Assembly (NCBI GenBank): GCA_937900875.1
Contig: CALCGD010000245.1
Location: forward strand, 1 to 62,686
Length of the DNA: 62,686 nucleotides
From: an uncultured Flavobacteriales bacterium
GTDB lineage: Bacteria > Bacteroidota > Bacteroidia > UBA10329
Reading direction: 5' to 3'
The position numbers and the translations under genes were made by a program. Shown here piece by piece: positions 30,988 to 39,573 of the stretch; position 1 is the stretch's first letter; each line of letters starts with the position of its first letter. A model generated the notes under the pieces. That model searched no databases, was not told where the DNA came from, and was given only the letters and a program-made list of their open reading frames with translations.

Positions 30988-31926
30988 TTAAAATTCGGGT
31001 AGAAAAACCTCAGCCATCATGCATCTGGCGCTTCCTCCACCAAGAGTTTCAATAGTCTCTAACGAGCTATGAAGAATTCGATTGGTCTTTTCAATGGTTT
31101 CAATTTGCTCGGTGCTCAAACTTTCAAATGCCTGGGTAGACATAACAAGAATATGTTCGTCTTTATCATTCACTACCTGTAGCATATTTCCAGCAAAACT
31201 TGATTTCTGGTCTTCTGAAATCAAAACAATTTCTTTTCCTGCTTCTTTTAAAGAATCGATGACCAGATTTCGCTCTGTCTCGTCCTTAATACAATCAGCG
31301 CACACAATGGCTATTTCTTGGCCAACACTCATCATTACGTTGGTATGATAAATTGGCAATAGCTCTCCTTCAACATCTTGAAGTGCGTGAAAACTCACGG
31401 TCTTATAATCTGTTAGTTTGGCCCAGTTAGCCAACTCATCGACATTGGTCCTATGAGAAAGGCAAGCATAAGCAACGCTGTTTTCGTGGTCAAGAACTAA
31501 ACTCCCTGTGCCTTCTAATATACGGCCATCGTTTTCCGCAGGAGATAGGTCCAGTATTGCATCGACCCTAAATCCGTTGTCTTTCAGAATGTCGAGAACA
31601 TCCATTCTTCTTTCTTTCCTTCTATTTGGTGCAAACATTGGATAAAGGACTACAGTGCCATTACCATGCATTGAAATCCAATTATTTGGAAAAATAGAAT
31701 CTGGCGTTTTAGAATTAGGAGTGTCTTCAACTACTATCACATTTACTCCTACCTGCCGAAGTTTTATGACAAAATTGTCGAATTCTTCGAGCGCCTGAGT
31801 TTGAGCTTTAGCATCACTCAAACCATCAACTTCTTGTTGGTAATGATTGTCTAAGGCAGTCTCTGCATTCATTTCAAACGCAATAGGCCGAATCATCAAA
31901 AGATGAGATGTGTTTTGTTTTGCCAT
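30988..31926 (-). CDS. CtlX-like amidinotransferase-family hydrolase (citrulline utilisation)
   Basis: LLMIRP, TPDSIFPNNW, LEGTGS, YHTNVMM, IETLGGGSARCMMAE. The ORF track starts at 31965. Confidence 0.85.
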   Translation of the reverse strand: MAKQNTSHLLMIRPIAFEMNAETALDNHYQQEVDGLSDAKAQTQALEEFDNFVIKLRQVGVNVIVVEDTPNSKTPDSIFPNNWISMHGNGTVVLYPMFAPNRRKERRMDVLDILKDNGFRVDAILDLSPAENDGRILEGTGSLVLDHENSVAYACLSHRTNVDELANWAKLTDYKTVSFHALQDVEGELLPIYHTNVMMSVGQEIAIVCADCIKDETERNLVIDSLKEAGKEIVLISEDQKSSFAGNMLQVVNDKDEHILVMSTQAFESLSTEQIETIEKTNRILHSSLETIETLGGGSARCMMAEVFLPEF

Positions 31927-31928
31927 AT

Positions 31929-33401
31929 CTAAATGTTCTCGCGCAATAATGGCATACTCATACAATGCGTTCCTCCGCGTGCTCTAGAAAGCTCAGCGGA
32001 AGGCAGGGTAATAAGTGTATCGCCTTGAATTAGATCTTCCAGCTTTGCGCCTGCATCCATTTTAGCATTGAATTCCTCTGCCTTTATAATTTTGAAACCT
32101 CGTTTTTGAAGATTAGCGTTGGTGTAAACATTACGGTCATATCCAATAATTACGCCTTCTCGAATAGCTAAAAAGTTGCAGCTGTCGGTCCATTGTTCTC
32201 GTTCTGTAAAAGGAAACTTTCCGTTCGCATTAGGAATAATGTTTACGGTTTTGCAACCGAAATCATCCTTACTTACTGATGTAAGAAGGTCGTCCAAATA
32301 ATCGAACTCTTTCATTTCAACCTTAAACCCATCGGCTTTTTGCTTCCGTATAAACTGGGTTACGTAAACCTGTTCTTCGGGCGTTTCCATCTCATCATCA
32401 AGCATTTTACGGAAGTCAATTTCTTCTGTCGAAAGCGTAATAGCATCTCGAGTGAAAGGGGCATACACCACCCAGGAATCGCGCTTAATCATCGTAAAAA
32501 TTGTATCGATGTGCATATAAGCTCGTTCTGCTGGAATATTCACAACCGACACCTTGTCCACCAAATTGCGCTTAAAAAGCTGAGTGGTTAGCTGATGAAT
32601 GGCGTTCTGGGTAGTTCTGGCGCTCAATCCAACCAACAAATGGCGCGGGCTAATCATCATTACGTCACCACCCTCAATACTCACTTGTTGCTCTTCTTGA
32701 CTGTACGAATCGGTTAAAAAGAAGTACTCGTTGTCTTCCAACTCAATCACCCTGTCCGAAAAACTGTAATCGTCCCATTTTGCTTCATCTCCAAAAAGGT
32801 GGAAGTAGGCGATGTATTTGATGAGTAAAGCTTCTCGTGTACGGCCTTTTTCAGCCGCTTTTATTAGTAGCAGATGGTCGTTTATTACTATTCCGATGTC
32901 TCTAGTGAAAATGAAATTTGGAAGAGGTGCAAAGAGGTAATCTTCTTCTCCTTCGTAAATCCAAACACCAGAAATAAGCGTTCGCGTCAGCGTTTGTTCG
33001 TCCATTTTCATGAGGAGCATTTGCGTCTCGAAATCGCATTTTTCCATCGCGCAAACAGCGGAAACCAATAATTGCTTTGCAAGATCATTTTTAAGCACTT
33101 GCATTAGCAAATACTCAGCATCCATCACTTTATCAGATTGTAGGTACCCAGCTTTTGTTGGCTTGAAAAAGTCAGGGTCGTTTTTATCTCGATTACGAAT
33201 AACCTCAGGGTCCAGAAACCATAGAAGCACACTCAAATATTGGTTGTACTCTTCGCGCATCTTATCCAAGTACACGATATCGTCATAGAGTAAATCTTCC
33301 ATCATACGGGGGGCAATCTTGCCAATTCCTGCATCTGGACTATGAATAATCATCCTTTTAAGAGTTCCAACTTCAGATGAAACGTGAATATCCTTGCTCA
33401 T
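31929..33401 (-). CDS. Arginine deiminase family protein
   Basis: V.SEVG.LK, PNFIFTRD, EGGD, MHIDT and ELSRARGGTHCMS (catalytic Cys). At 490 aa it is longer than the canonical ArcA. Confidence 0.88.
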   Translation of the reverse strand: MSKDIHVSSEVGTLKRMIIHSPDAGIGKIAPRMMEDLLYDDIVYLDKMREEYNQYLSVLLWFLDPEVIRNRDKNDPDFFKPTKAGYLQSDKVMDAEYLLMQVLKNDLAKQLLVSAVCAMEKCDFETQMLLMKMDEQTLTRTLISGVWIYEGEEDYLFAPLPNFIFTRDIGIVINDHLLLIKAAEKGRTREALLIKYIAYFHLFGDEAKWDDYSFSDRVIELEDNEYFFLTDSYSQEEQQVSIEGGDVMMISPRHLLVGLSARTTQNAIHQLTTQLFKRNLVDKVSVVNIPAERAYMHIDTIFTMIKRDSWVVYAPFTRDAITLSTEEIDFRKMLDDEMETPEEQVYVTQFIRKQKADGFKVEMKEFDYLDDLLTSVSKDDFGCKTVNIIPNANGKFPFTEREQWTDSCNFLAIREGVIIGYDRNVYTNANLQKRGFKIIKAEEFNAKMDAGAKLEDLIQGDTLITLPSAELSRARGGTHCMSMPLLRENI

Positions 33402-33476
33402 AATTCTATGATTTAAGTGGCGAAATTAGTCAAGTTGTCGGGCTTAATTGGTCGTAAACCCTTACATCATCTATTA

Positions 33477-33484
33477 TAGCTTTG
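33477..33484 (+). promoter_or_regulatory. Sigma-A -7 element for argS
   Basis: TAGCTTTG overlaps the ORF-track TTG at 33482, which supports GTG 33503 as the start. Confidence 0.55.
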
Positions 33485-33502
33485 CACAAAAATTTCGGAG
33501 AC

Positions 33503-35281
33503 GTGAGTAAATCGTTAGTTCAAAGCATACAGGAGGTAATTTCTCAGTTGTACTCAGCTGAGGTTGGAGAGGAACAATTACAACTTCAAAAAACCAGGAA
33601 GGACTTTGAAGGCGATATGACTTTGGTGGTGTTTCCCCTGTTAAGAATCAGCAAAGGCTCGCCAGAACAGACAGGGCAGGCTATTGGAGAAGCACTCGTT
33701 AAAGACGTTGAATACCTTGAGTCTTTCAATGTTGTGAAAGGGTTCTTAAATCTTTCATTTACCTCAAAGTACTGGGTAAATGCGCTGAACGACATTTGCC
33801 AAAAAGAGAATTATGGTTTTTATTCAACTGGAAAAGAAAGCCGAAATGTAATGGTCGAATATTCTTCGCCTAACACAAATAAACCACTCCACTTAGGTCA
33901 TATAAGAAACAACCTATTAGGATATTCTGTAGCTGAAATTCTCAAAGCCAACGGCCATAACGTGCAGAAAGTCCAAGTAATAAATGACCGAGGAATCCAT
34001 ATCTGCAAAAGCATGTTGGCATGGCAGAAGTACGCTAAAGGTGAAACTCCACAATCTACTGGGCTTAAGGGAGATAAGTTGGTGGGGAAGTATTACGTAG
34101 CGTTTGATAAACAGTACAAAACTGAAATTACAGAATTAATTAATTCAGGTAAAACTGAAGATGAGGCCAAGGCAGAAGCGCCAATGATTTTAGAAGCGCG
34201 AGAGATGCTTCAAAAGTGGGAGGCAGGTGATAAGGAAGTTCATTCTCTTTGGGAGAAAATGAACGGTTGGGTGTATGAAGGGTTTGATGAAACATACAAC
34301 CGTTTAGGCGTTGATTTCGACAAGCTTTACTATGAGAGTAACACTTATCTGACAGGTAAAGATTTGGTAGAGGCTGGCGTGCAGCAAGGCATTTTTGAGA
34401 AAAGAGAAGATGGTTCTATTTGGTGCGATTTGTCGGATGACGGGATGGATCAGAAATTACTTCTGCGTTCGGACGGTACTGCCGTATATATGACTCAGGA
34501 TTTAGGTACCGCCAAATTGCGATATACAGATTGGCCAGAGTTGAATCAGCTTATTTACACAGTTGGAAATGAGCAGGATTACCACTTTAAGGTTTTGTTT
34601 CTAATTCTTGGAAAACTAGGTTTCGACTGGGCAAAAAACTGTTACCACCTATCTTACGGAATGGTTGATTTGCCAACAGGTAAAATGAAATCTCGTGAAG
34701 GAACTGTGGTTGACGCAGATGATTTGATGGATGAAATGGTGGAAACAGCCAAAGCTCAGTCAGAAGAAAAGGGCAAGCTAGATGGCATGGCTGATGAAGA
34801 TGCTAATGCACTTTTTGAAATGCTTGGTCTAGGAGCTCTCAAATACTTTATGCTGAAGGTTGACCCCAAAAAAAGAATGCTGTTTGACCCTGCAGAGAGT
34901 ATTGATATGCAGGGAAATACTGGCCCTTTTATTCAGTACACTCATGCTAGAATTAAATCAGTACTAAGAAAGGCTGAATTGGACAGATTTGATGTTCCAA
35001 GTTTGGAAAGTATCAACCAGCATGAACGTTCTCTTATTCAACTTCTCAGTCAATATCCAGAAACAATTAAACTGGCAGGGGAGGAGTATAGCCCGGCCGT
35101 AATTGCTAATTACACATACGAGTTGGCAAAAGAGTACAGCACGTTTTATCATGAATGTCCCATTCTAATTGAAGAAAACGAAAAGGTAAAGGCGCTAAGA
35201 TTAGCAATATCGTCTCTTACCGCCCAGGTAATTGCTTCAGCAATGCGATTGCTTGGAGTAACAATGCCAGATAGAATGTAA
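33503..35281 (+). CDS. argS: Arginine--tRNA ligase
   Basis: EYSSPNTNKPLHLGH (HIGH), KMKSREG, GPFIQYTHAR, C-terminal MPDRM. Confidence 0.97.
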   Translation: MSKSLVQSIQEVISQLYSAEVGEEQLQLQKTRKDFEGDMTLVVFPLLRISKGSPEQTGQAIGEALVKDVEYLESFNVVKGFLNLSFTSKYWVNALNDICQKENYGFYSTGKESRNVMVEYSSPNTNKPLHLGHIRNNLLGYSVAEILKANGHNVQKVQVINDRGIHICKSMLAWQKYAKGETPQSTGLKGDKLVGKYYVAFDKQYKTEITELINSGKTEDEAKAEAPMILEAREMLQKWEAGDKEVHSLWEKMNGWVYEGFDETYNRLGVDFDKLYYESNTYLTGKDLVEAGVQQGIFEKREDGSIWCDLSDDGMDQKLLLRSDGTAVYMTQDLGTAKLRYTDWPELNQLIYTVGNEQDYHFKVLFLILGKLGFDWAKNCYHLSYGMVDLPTGKMKSREGTVVDADDLMDEMVETAKAQSEEKGKLDGMADEDANALFEMLGLGALKYFMLKVDPKKRMLFDPAESIDMQGNTGPFIQYTHARIKSVLRKAELDRFDVPSLESINQHERSLIQLLSQYPETIKLAGEEYSPAVIANYTYELAKEYSTFYHECPILIEENEKVKALRLAISSLTAQVIASAMRLLGVTMPDRM

Positions 35282-35305
35282 TTGGTAAAAATGCCGCACG
35301 GAAGT

Positions 35306-35313
35306 TATCTTTG
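35306..35313 (+). promoter_or_regulatory. Sigma-A -7 element for ffh
   Basis: TATCTTTG with TTG about 21 nt upstream. Confidence 0.6.
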
Positions 35314-35333
35314 CGGCCTCAAAATCAGAATCA

Positions 35334-36665
35334 ATGTTCGAGAATTTAACAGAGAAATTTGACAGGGCGTTTAAAACCCTGAAAGGCGAAGGTCAGATTA
35401 CGGAAATCAACGTAGCCGAAACCATGAAGGAAGTGAGGCGCGCCTTGCTTGATGCTGACGTTAACTTCAAAATTGCTAAAGAATTTACTGAACGAGTAAA
35501 GCAGAAAGCGCTTGGACAAGACGTATTGACTGCAGTTAAACCAGGTCAGTTAATGGTGAAAATCACCAAAGATGAACTAGGTGAATTGATGGGTGGAAAA
35601 TCCGTTGATGTGAATCTAGAAGGAAGCCCAGCTGTAATTCTGATAGCAGGTTTGCAAGGTTCTGGTAAGACCACATTCTCTGGAAAACTAGCGTTGTTCT
35701 TAAAGAGCAAGCGTCAAAAGAATCCATTGTTGGTTGCTTGCGATGTTTATCGACCGGCTGCCATTAATCAGTTAAAGGTTCTTGGAGAGCAGGTTGGCGC
35801 TACAGTTTATACAGAAGAAGGAAACCAGAATCCGGTTTCTATTGCCGAAAACGCGATAAAATACGCAAAGGCTAACAATCACAATGTAGTTATCGTGGAT
35901 ACTGCGGGTCGTTTGGCGGTGGATGAGGAAATGATGAACGAGATAGACCGCGTTCATAAGGCAATTAAACCGCAGGAAACTCTTTTTGTGGTCGATTCTA
36001 TGACCGGGCAAGATGCAGTAAATACCGCAAAAGCTTTCAATGACAGGTTGAATTTTGATGGCGTGGTTCTTACCAAATTAGATGGTGATACGCGAGGTGG
36101 GGCAGCACTTTCTATCCGTTCTGTAGTCAATAAACCCATCAAGTTTGTTGGTATTGGCGAAAAGCTAGAAGCGCTAGATATTTTTCACCCAGACCGTATG
36201 GCCGACCGTATTCTTGGTATGGGCGATGTGGTTTCGCTTGTTGAACGTGCACAAGAACAGTTTGACGAAGAAAAGGCACGAAAACTTCAGAAGAAAATTG
36301 CCAAAAATACCTTCGACTTCAATGATTTTCTTGATCAGATCAATCAGATTAAGAAAATGGGTAATGTGAAGGATTTGATGGGAATGATTCCGGGAATGGG
36401 CAAAGCTTTGAAGGATGTAGATATTGATGATGACGCGTTCAAACAAGTAGAAGCGATTATTGGGTCCATGACGCCATTAGAGCGCGAAAACCCGCAACTT
36501 ATCAATGGCAGTAGAAGAAAACGAATTGCTGGCGGAAGTGGTTCAACGATTCAAGATGTGAACCGCCTTCTTAAGCAGTTTGAAGAAAGCAGGAAGATGA
36601 TGCGCATGTTTTCCAACAAAGGCGCAATGAAAAACATGATGCGCAACATGCCTGGTAAGAGATAG
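35334..36665 (+). CDS. ffh: Signal recognition particle protein
   Basis: ALLDADV, GLQGSGKTT, DTAGR, TKLDGD, RILGMGD, M-domain SRRKRIAGGSG. Confidence 0.98.
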   Translation: MFENLTEKFDRAFKTLKGEGQITEINVAETMKEVRRALLDADVNFKIAKEFTERVKQKALGQDVLTAVKPGQLMVKITKDELGELMGGKSVDVNLEGSPAVILIAGLQGSGKTTFSGKLALFLKSKRQKNPLLVACDVYRPAAINQLKVLGEQVGATVYTEEGNQNPVSIAENAIKYAKANNHNVVIVDTAGRLAVDEEMMNEIDRVHKAIKPQETLFVVDSMTGQDAVNTAKAFNDRLNFDGVVLTKLDGDTRGGAALSIRSVVNKPIKFVGIGEKLEALDIFHPDRMADRILGMGDVVSLVERAQEQFDEEKARKLQKKIAKNTFDFNDFLDQINQIKKMGNVKDLMGMIPGMGKALKDVDIDDDAFKQVEAIIGSMTPLERENPQLINGSRRKRIAGGSGSTIQDVNRLLKQFEESRKMMRMFSNKGAMKNMMRNMPGKR

Positions 36666-36757
36666 TTGGGTAAATTTAGACGTCTTTAATATGACGGTTA
36701 TTAACATTGGTTGATAGCTATTACGTGAAACACGTAGGAATTGTGAATTGAGTGTTA

Positions 36758-36765
36758 TACATTTG
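36758..36765 (+). promoter_or_regulatory. Sigma-A -7 element for folD
   Basis: TACATTTG ends 17 nt before GTG 36783. Confidence 0.55.
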
Positions 36766-36782
36766 TATAGTGTTTTTGAATA

Positions 36783-37685
36783 GTGCTACTAGACGGAAAG
36801 AAAATATCAGACGAGGTTAAGGCAGAACTAGCTGAAGACGTAAGGCAGCTTGTTGCTAACGGGCATCGGCCACCTCACTTAGCAGCCATACTCGTAGGTA
36901 GTGATGGAGCAAGTGAGACTTATGTAGCTAGCAAAGTGAAGTCTTGTGAGAAAATAGGATACAGTTCAACTTTGGTAAGACTCTCTGAAAATGTTACAGA
37001 GCAAGAGTTGTTGAAGGAAATTGACGCCATCAATAACAATGCTGAAATTGACGGATTAATTGTTCAGTTACCTTTACCTAAGCACATAAATGAACAGCGT
37101 GTTACAGAAAGAGTGGTTCCAGAAAAAGATGTTGATGGCTTTAATCCCATAAATGTCGGGAAACTAGTTTTAGGATTGCCAACGTTTGTTTCAGCAACTC
37201 CTATGGGTATTATTGAACTGCTGAAACGTTACAATATTGAAACAAGTGGTAAGCATTGCGTTGTTATCGGTAGAAGCAATATAGTAGGTACGCCAATGGC
37301 AAATCTGTTAAGTAGAAATAGCAACCCGGGCAATTGTACGGTAACATTATGTCATAGCAGAACCAAAAATCTAGAAGCGTTTACCAAACAGGCAGACATT
37401 TTAATTGTTGCATTGGGCAAGGCAGAATTTGTAACAGCCAATATGGTGAAGGAAGGTGCGGTTGTGATTGATGTTGGTATCACACGAGTGGAAGATTCAA
37501 CAAATTCTAGAGGCTACGTGTTAAAAGGAGATGTGAAGTTTGATGAGGTTGAATCAAAGTGCTCTTATATAACACCAGTGCCAGGAGGAGTAGGAAGAAT
37601 GACAATTGCAGCATTATTACAAAATACATTATTAGCTAGAAAGAATAGAGTAACCCATATTAAATATCAAAACCATGTCAGTTAA
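36783..37685 (+). CDS. folD: Methylenetetrahydrofolate dehydrogenase/cyclohydrolase
   Basis: [33 protein letters not shown]. Confidence 0.97.
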   Translation: MLLDGKKISDEVKAELAEDVRQLVANGHRPPHLAAILVGSDGASETYVASKVKSCEKIGYSSTLVRLSENVTEQELLKEIDAINNNAEIDGLIVQLPLPKHINEQRVTERVVPEKDVDGFNPINVGKLVLGLPTFVSATPMGIIELLKRYNIETSGKHCVVIGRSNIVGTPMANLLSRNSNPGNCTVTLCHSRTKNLEAFTKQADILIVALGKAEFVTANMVKEGAVVIDVGITRVEDSTNSRGYVLKGDVKFDEVESKCSYITPVPGGVGRMTIAALLQNTLLARKNRVTHIKYQNHVS

Positions 37686-38211
37686 AGTTAAACTCAAGAA
37701 TAGAGATGATAAGTATGCTGTTCTAGATCAAAAAACACATGATGATATTCAGGCTAACGAATACCTGATGTCAATCAAGTTTCTAGACAACTTACGAGCA
37801 CACTCTAATGGTTATGGCGTTTTTCAACGTTGTATTACCACTAAAAAAGGACCTGTGTATGAAACAATCTACCTGCATAAATATGTAGCTGAAAAGTTTG
37901 TGGAAAAGCCAGAAAGCGACAAAAAGCTTTTCGTGCGATTTATCGATGGAGATGTGTTAAACGTAACATTGGAAAACCTAGAATGGGTGACCATGAATAC
38001 ACTTAGACGTCAAATGAAAAACTTTAAAAGTAAGACCGGATATAGAGGTGTTACTAAAGAAAAAAGCCGCTTTAGAGCAGTGATATATCACGAACGTAAA
38101 GCTCATAACCTTGGGTTTTTCGACACTGCGGAAGAAGCGGCAAAGGCCTACAACAAGAAATCTAGAGAACTTTTTGGTGAAACAGGAAGTTTAAACTCGA
38201 TAGGGAAGTAG
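37675..38211 (+). CDS. HNH-like (degenerate) plus AP2 DNA-binding domain protein
   Basis: [10 protein letters not shown] and [18 protein letters not shown] resemble HNH_3; [32 protein letters not shown] is an AP2 domain. Confidence 0.8.
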   Translation: MSVKVKLKNRDDKYAVLDQKTHDDIQANEYLMSIKFLDNLRAHSNGYGVFQRCITTKKGPVYETIYLHKYVAEKFVEKPESDKKLFVRFIDGDVLNVTLENLEWVTMNTLRRQMKNFKSKTGYRGVTKEKSRFRAVIYHERKAHNLGFFDTAEEAAKAYNKKSRELFGETGSLNSIGK

Positions 38212-38235
38212 TCCCATATTTCTAACCAATTGAAT

Positions 38236-38267
38236 AAAGCGCCTGACAATTGTCGGGCGCTTTTTTT
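38236..38267. terminator. Bidirectional intrinsic terminator
   Basis: AAAGCGCCTGAC-AATT-GTCGGGCGCTTT hairpin with a T7 tail, between convergent genes. Confidence 0.85.
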
Positions 38268-38278
38268 ATTTCCAACAA

Positions 38279-38866
38279 TCAATCTTCAGCACCAATTGAT
38301 ATGTGAAAACTCAAAAAACTCACCTCATCATTAACAGGTTGGATTGTATACTTAAGTTTTCTCCCGCTGCGTTTGTAAATGTCTAGTAGCCCTAAGCCAG
38401 CCCCTCCCTTCTCGGAGTATTCTGATTTCCCAAGCTTTGAACTATAAATCTCACGCATGTCAGAGTGGTCCCAGCTGTTTATTTCCTCAATTTTTGCCTC
38501 TAAAGCTGAAATTTTCGAATTGCGAATTCTATTTCCAGTTACAATGAAGAAATCTGAGTTATGGCGCCCAATTAGAAGTAAACTCGCCACGCTATCCTCA
38601 TTCGTCTGCTCGGCATGGTTTACTATGTTTTGAAGACATTCTACTAGAATATTGAAAACTCGCTTTCGAAGTTTTTTGTCTTCGCCTGATTGCACAAGCT
38701 TGAGTTCGGTGATTGACAGTAATTGCTGTACAGTCGATTCTGTAATGTGATCTCGATAGGCAAGCAATAGCTCGTTCTCCGACATCATACGGTCAATATC
38801 AAAATACTGGTCTATGGTACTCACTTCATCTTTGGGTATGGAGGCGGTTACGGTATTAAATTGCAA
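38279..38866 (-). CDS. SiaB-family (DUF6272-like) GHKL protein kinase
   Basis: VFNILVECLQNIVNHA N-box and EKGGAGLGLLDI G-box. The start codon is uncertain. Confidence 0.75.
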   Translation of the reverse strand: MQFNTVTASIPKDEVSTIDQYFDIDRMMSENELLLAYRDHITESTVQQLLSITELKLVQSGEDKKLRKRVFNILVECLQNIVNHAEQTNEDSVASLLLIGRHNSDFFIVTGNRIRNSKISALEAKIEEINSWDHSDMREIYSSKLGKSEYSEKGGAGLGLLDIYKRSGRKLKYTIQPVNDEVSFLSFHISIGAED

Positions 38867-38922
38867 AGGTTCTAAATAGAGATAAATTATTTCAGCTTAC
38901 CATTATCCAATACTTTAGCGAC

Positions 38923-39570
38923 ATGAAAGTATTGGAGCTAACATCGGAGATGTCTGACTTGTTGGGTAAAGGTGTGGTTTTACCAATTATGGAACAGTTT
39001 TATACTATACAAGGCGAAGGGTTTCATACGGGTAAAGCGGCTTATTTCATCAGAATAGGTGGGTGTGATGTGGGTTGCCATTGGTGCGATGTGAAAGAAA
39101 GTTGGGATGCATCGAAACATCCGTTGATTAAAGTTTCATCTGTGGTTCACGATGCAACCGCTCAGCCATCAAGTACGGTGGTTATAACTGGAGGCGAGCC
39201 TCTTATGTTTAATTTGACCCATCTTACCAAAAGTTTATCCGATAGGAATATTCAAGTACATGTAGAAACATCGGGAGCGCACAGTTTTTCCGGACAATTT
39301 GATTGGGTTTGCCTTTCTCCCAAAAAAACGGCTCCGCCTAAGAATGAATACTATTCTAAGGCCAATGAGCTGAAAATGATAATTCATAATAGGCACGATT
39401 TTGAATGGGCTAACACTCATGCTTCTAAGGTTTCCGAAGATTGTGTGCTCTATCTTCAACCAGAATGGAGCAAACGCAACGAAATGATGCCTTTGATTGT
39501 TGATTATGTTATGAAAAACCCAAGATGGAACGTTTCGTTGCAATCTCATAAGTACATGAACATACCTTAA
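38923..39570 (+). CDS. queE: 7-carboxy-7-deazaguanine synthase
   Basis: FYTIQGEG, radical-SAM GCDVGCHWCD, VITGGEP, VETSG, LSPKK, SLQSHKY. Confidence 0.93.
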   Translation: MKVLELTSEMSDLLGKGVVLPIMEQFYTIQGEGFHTGKAAYFIRIGGCDVGCHWCDVKESWDASKHPLIKVSSVVHDATAQPSSTVVITGGEPLMFNLTHLTKSLSDRNIQVHVETSGAHSFSGQFDWVCLSPKKTAPPKNEYYSKANELKMIIHNRHDFEWANTHASKVSEDCVLYLQPEWSKRNEMMPLIVDYVMKNPRWNVSLQSHKYMNIP

Positions 39571-39573
39571 GAT

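Noticed and set aside
36714-36736. Canonical parS site
   Set aside because: Only the right half matches TGTTTCACGTGAAACA (about 12/16), so it was kept only as a weak motif finding
37675-38211. HNH-AP2 gene as a prophage or intron marker
   Set aside because: No phage genes, integrase or intron structure are present; folD is intact and catalytic residues appear missing
38923-39570. queE as part of a 7-deazaguanine DNA-modification or Qat defence system
   Set aside because: No dpd, queC-like, TatD or ATPase genes are nearby; it looks like the housekeeping queuosine enzyme
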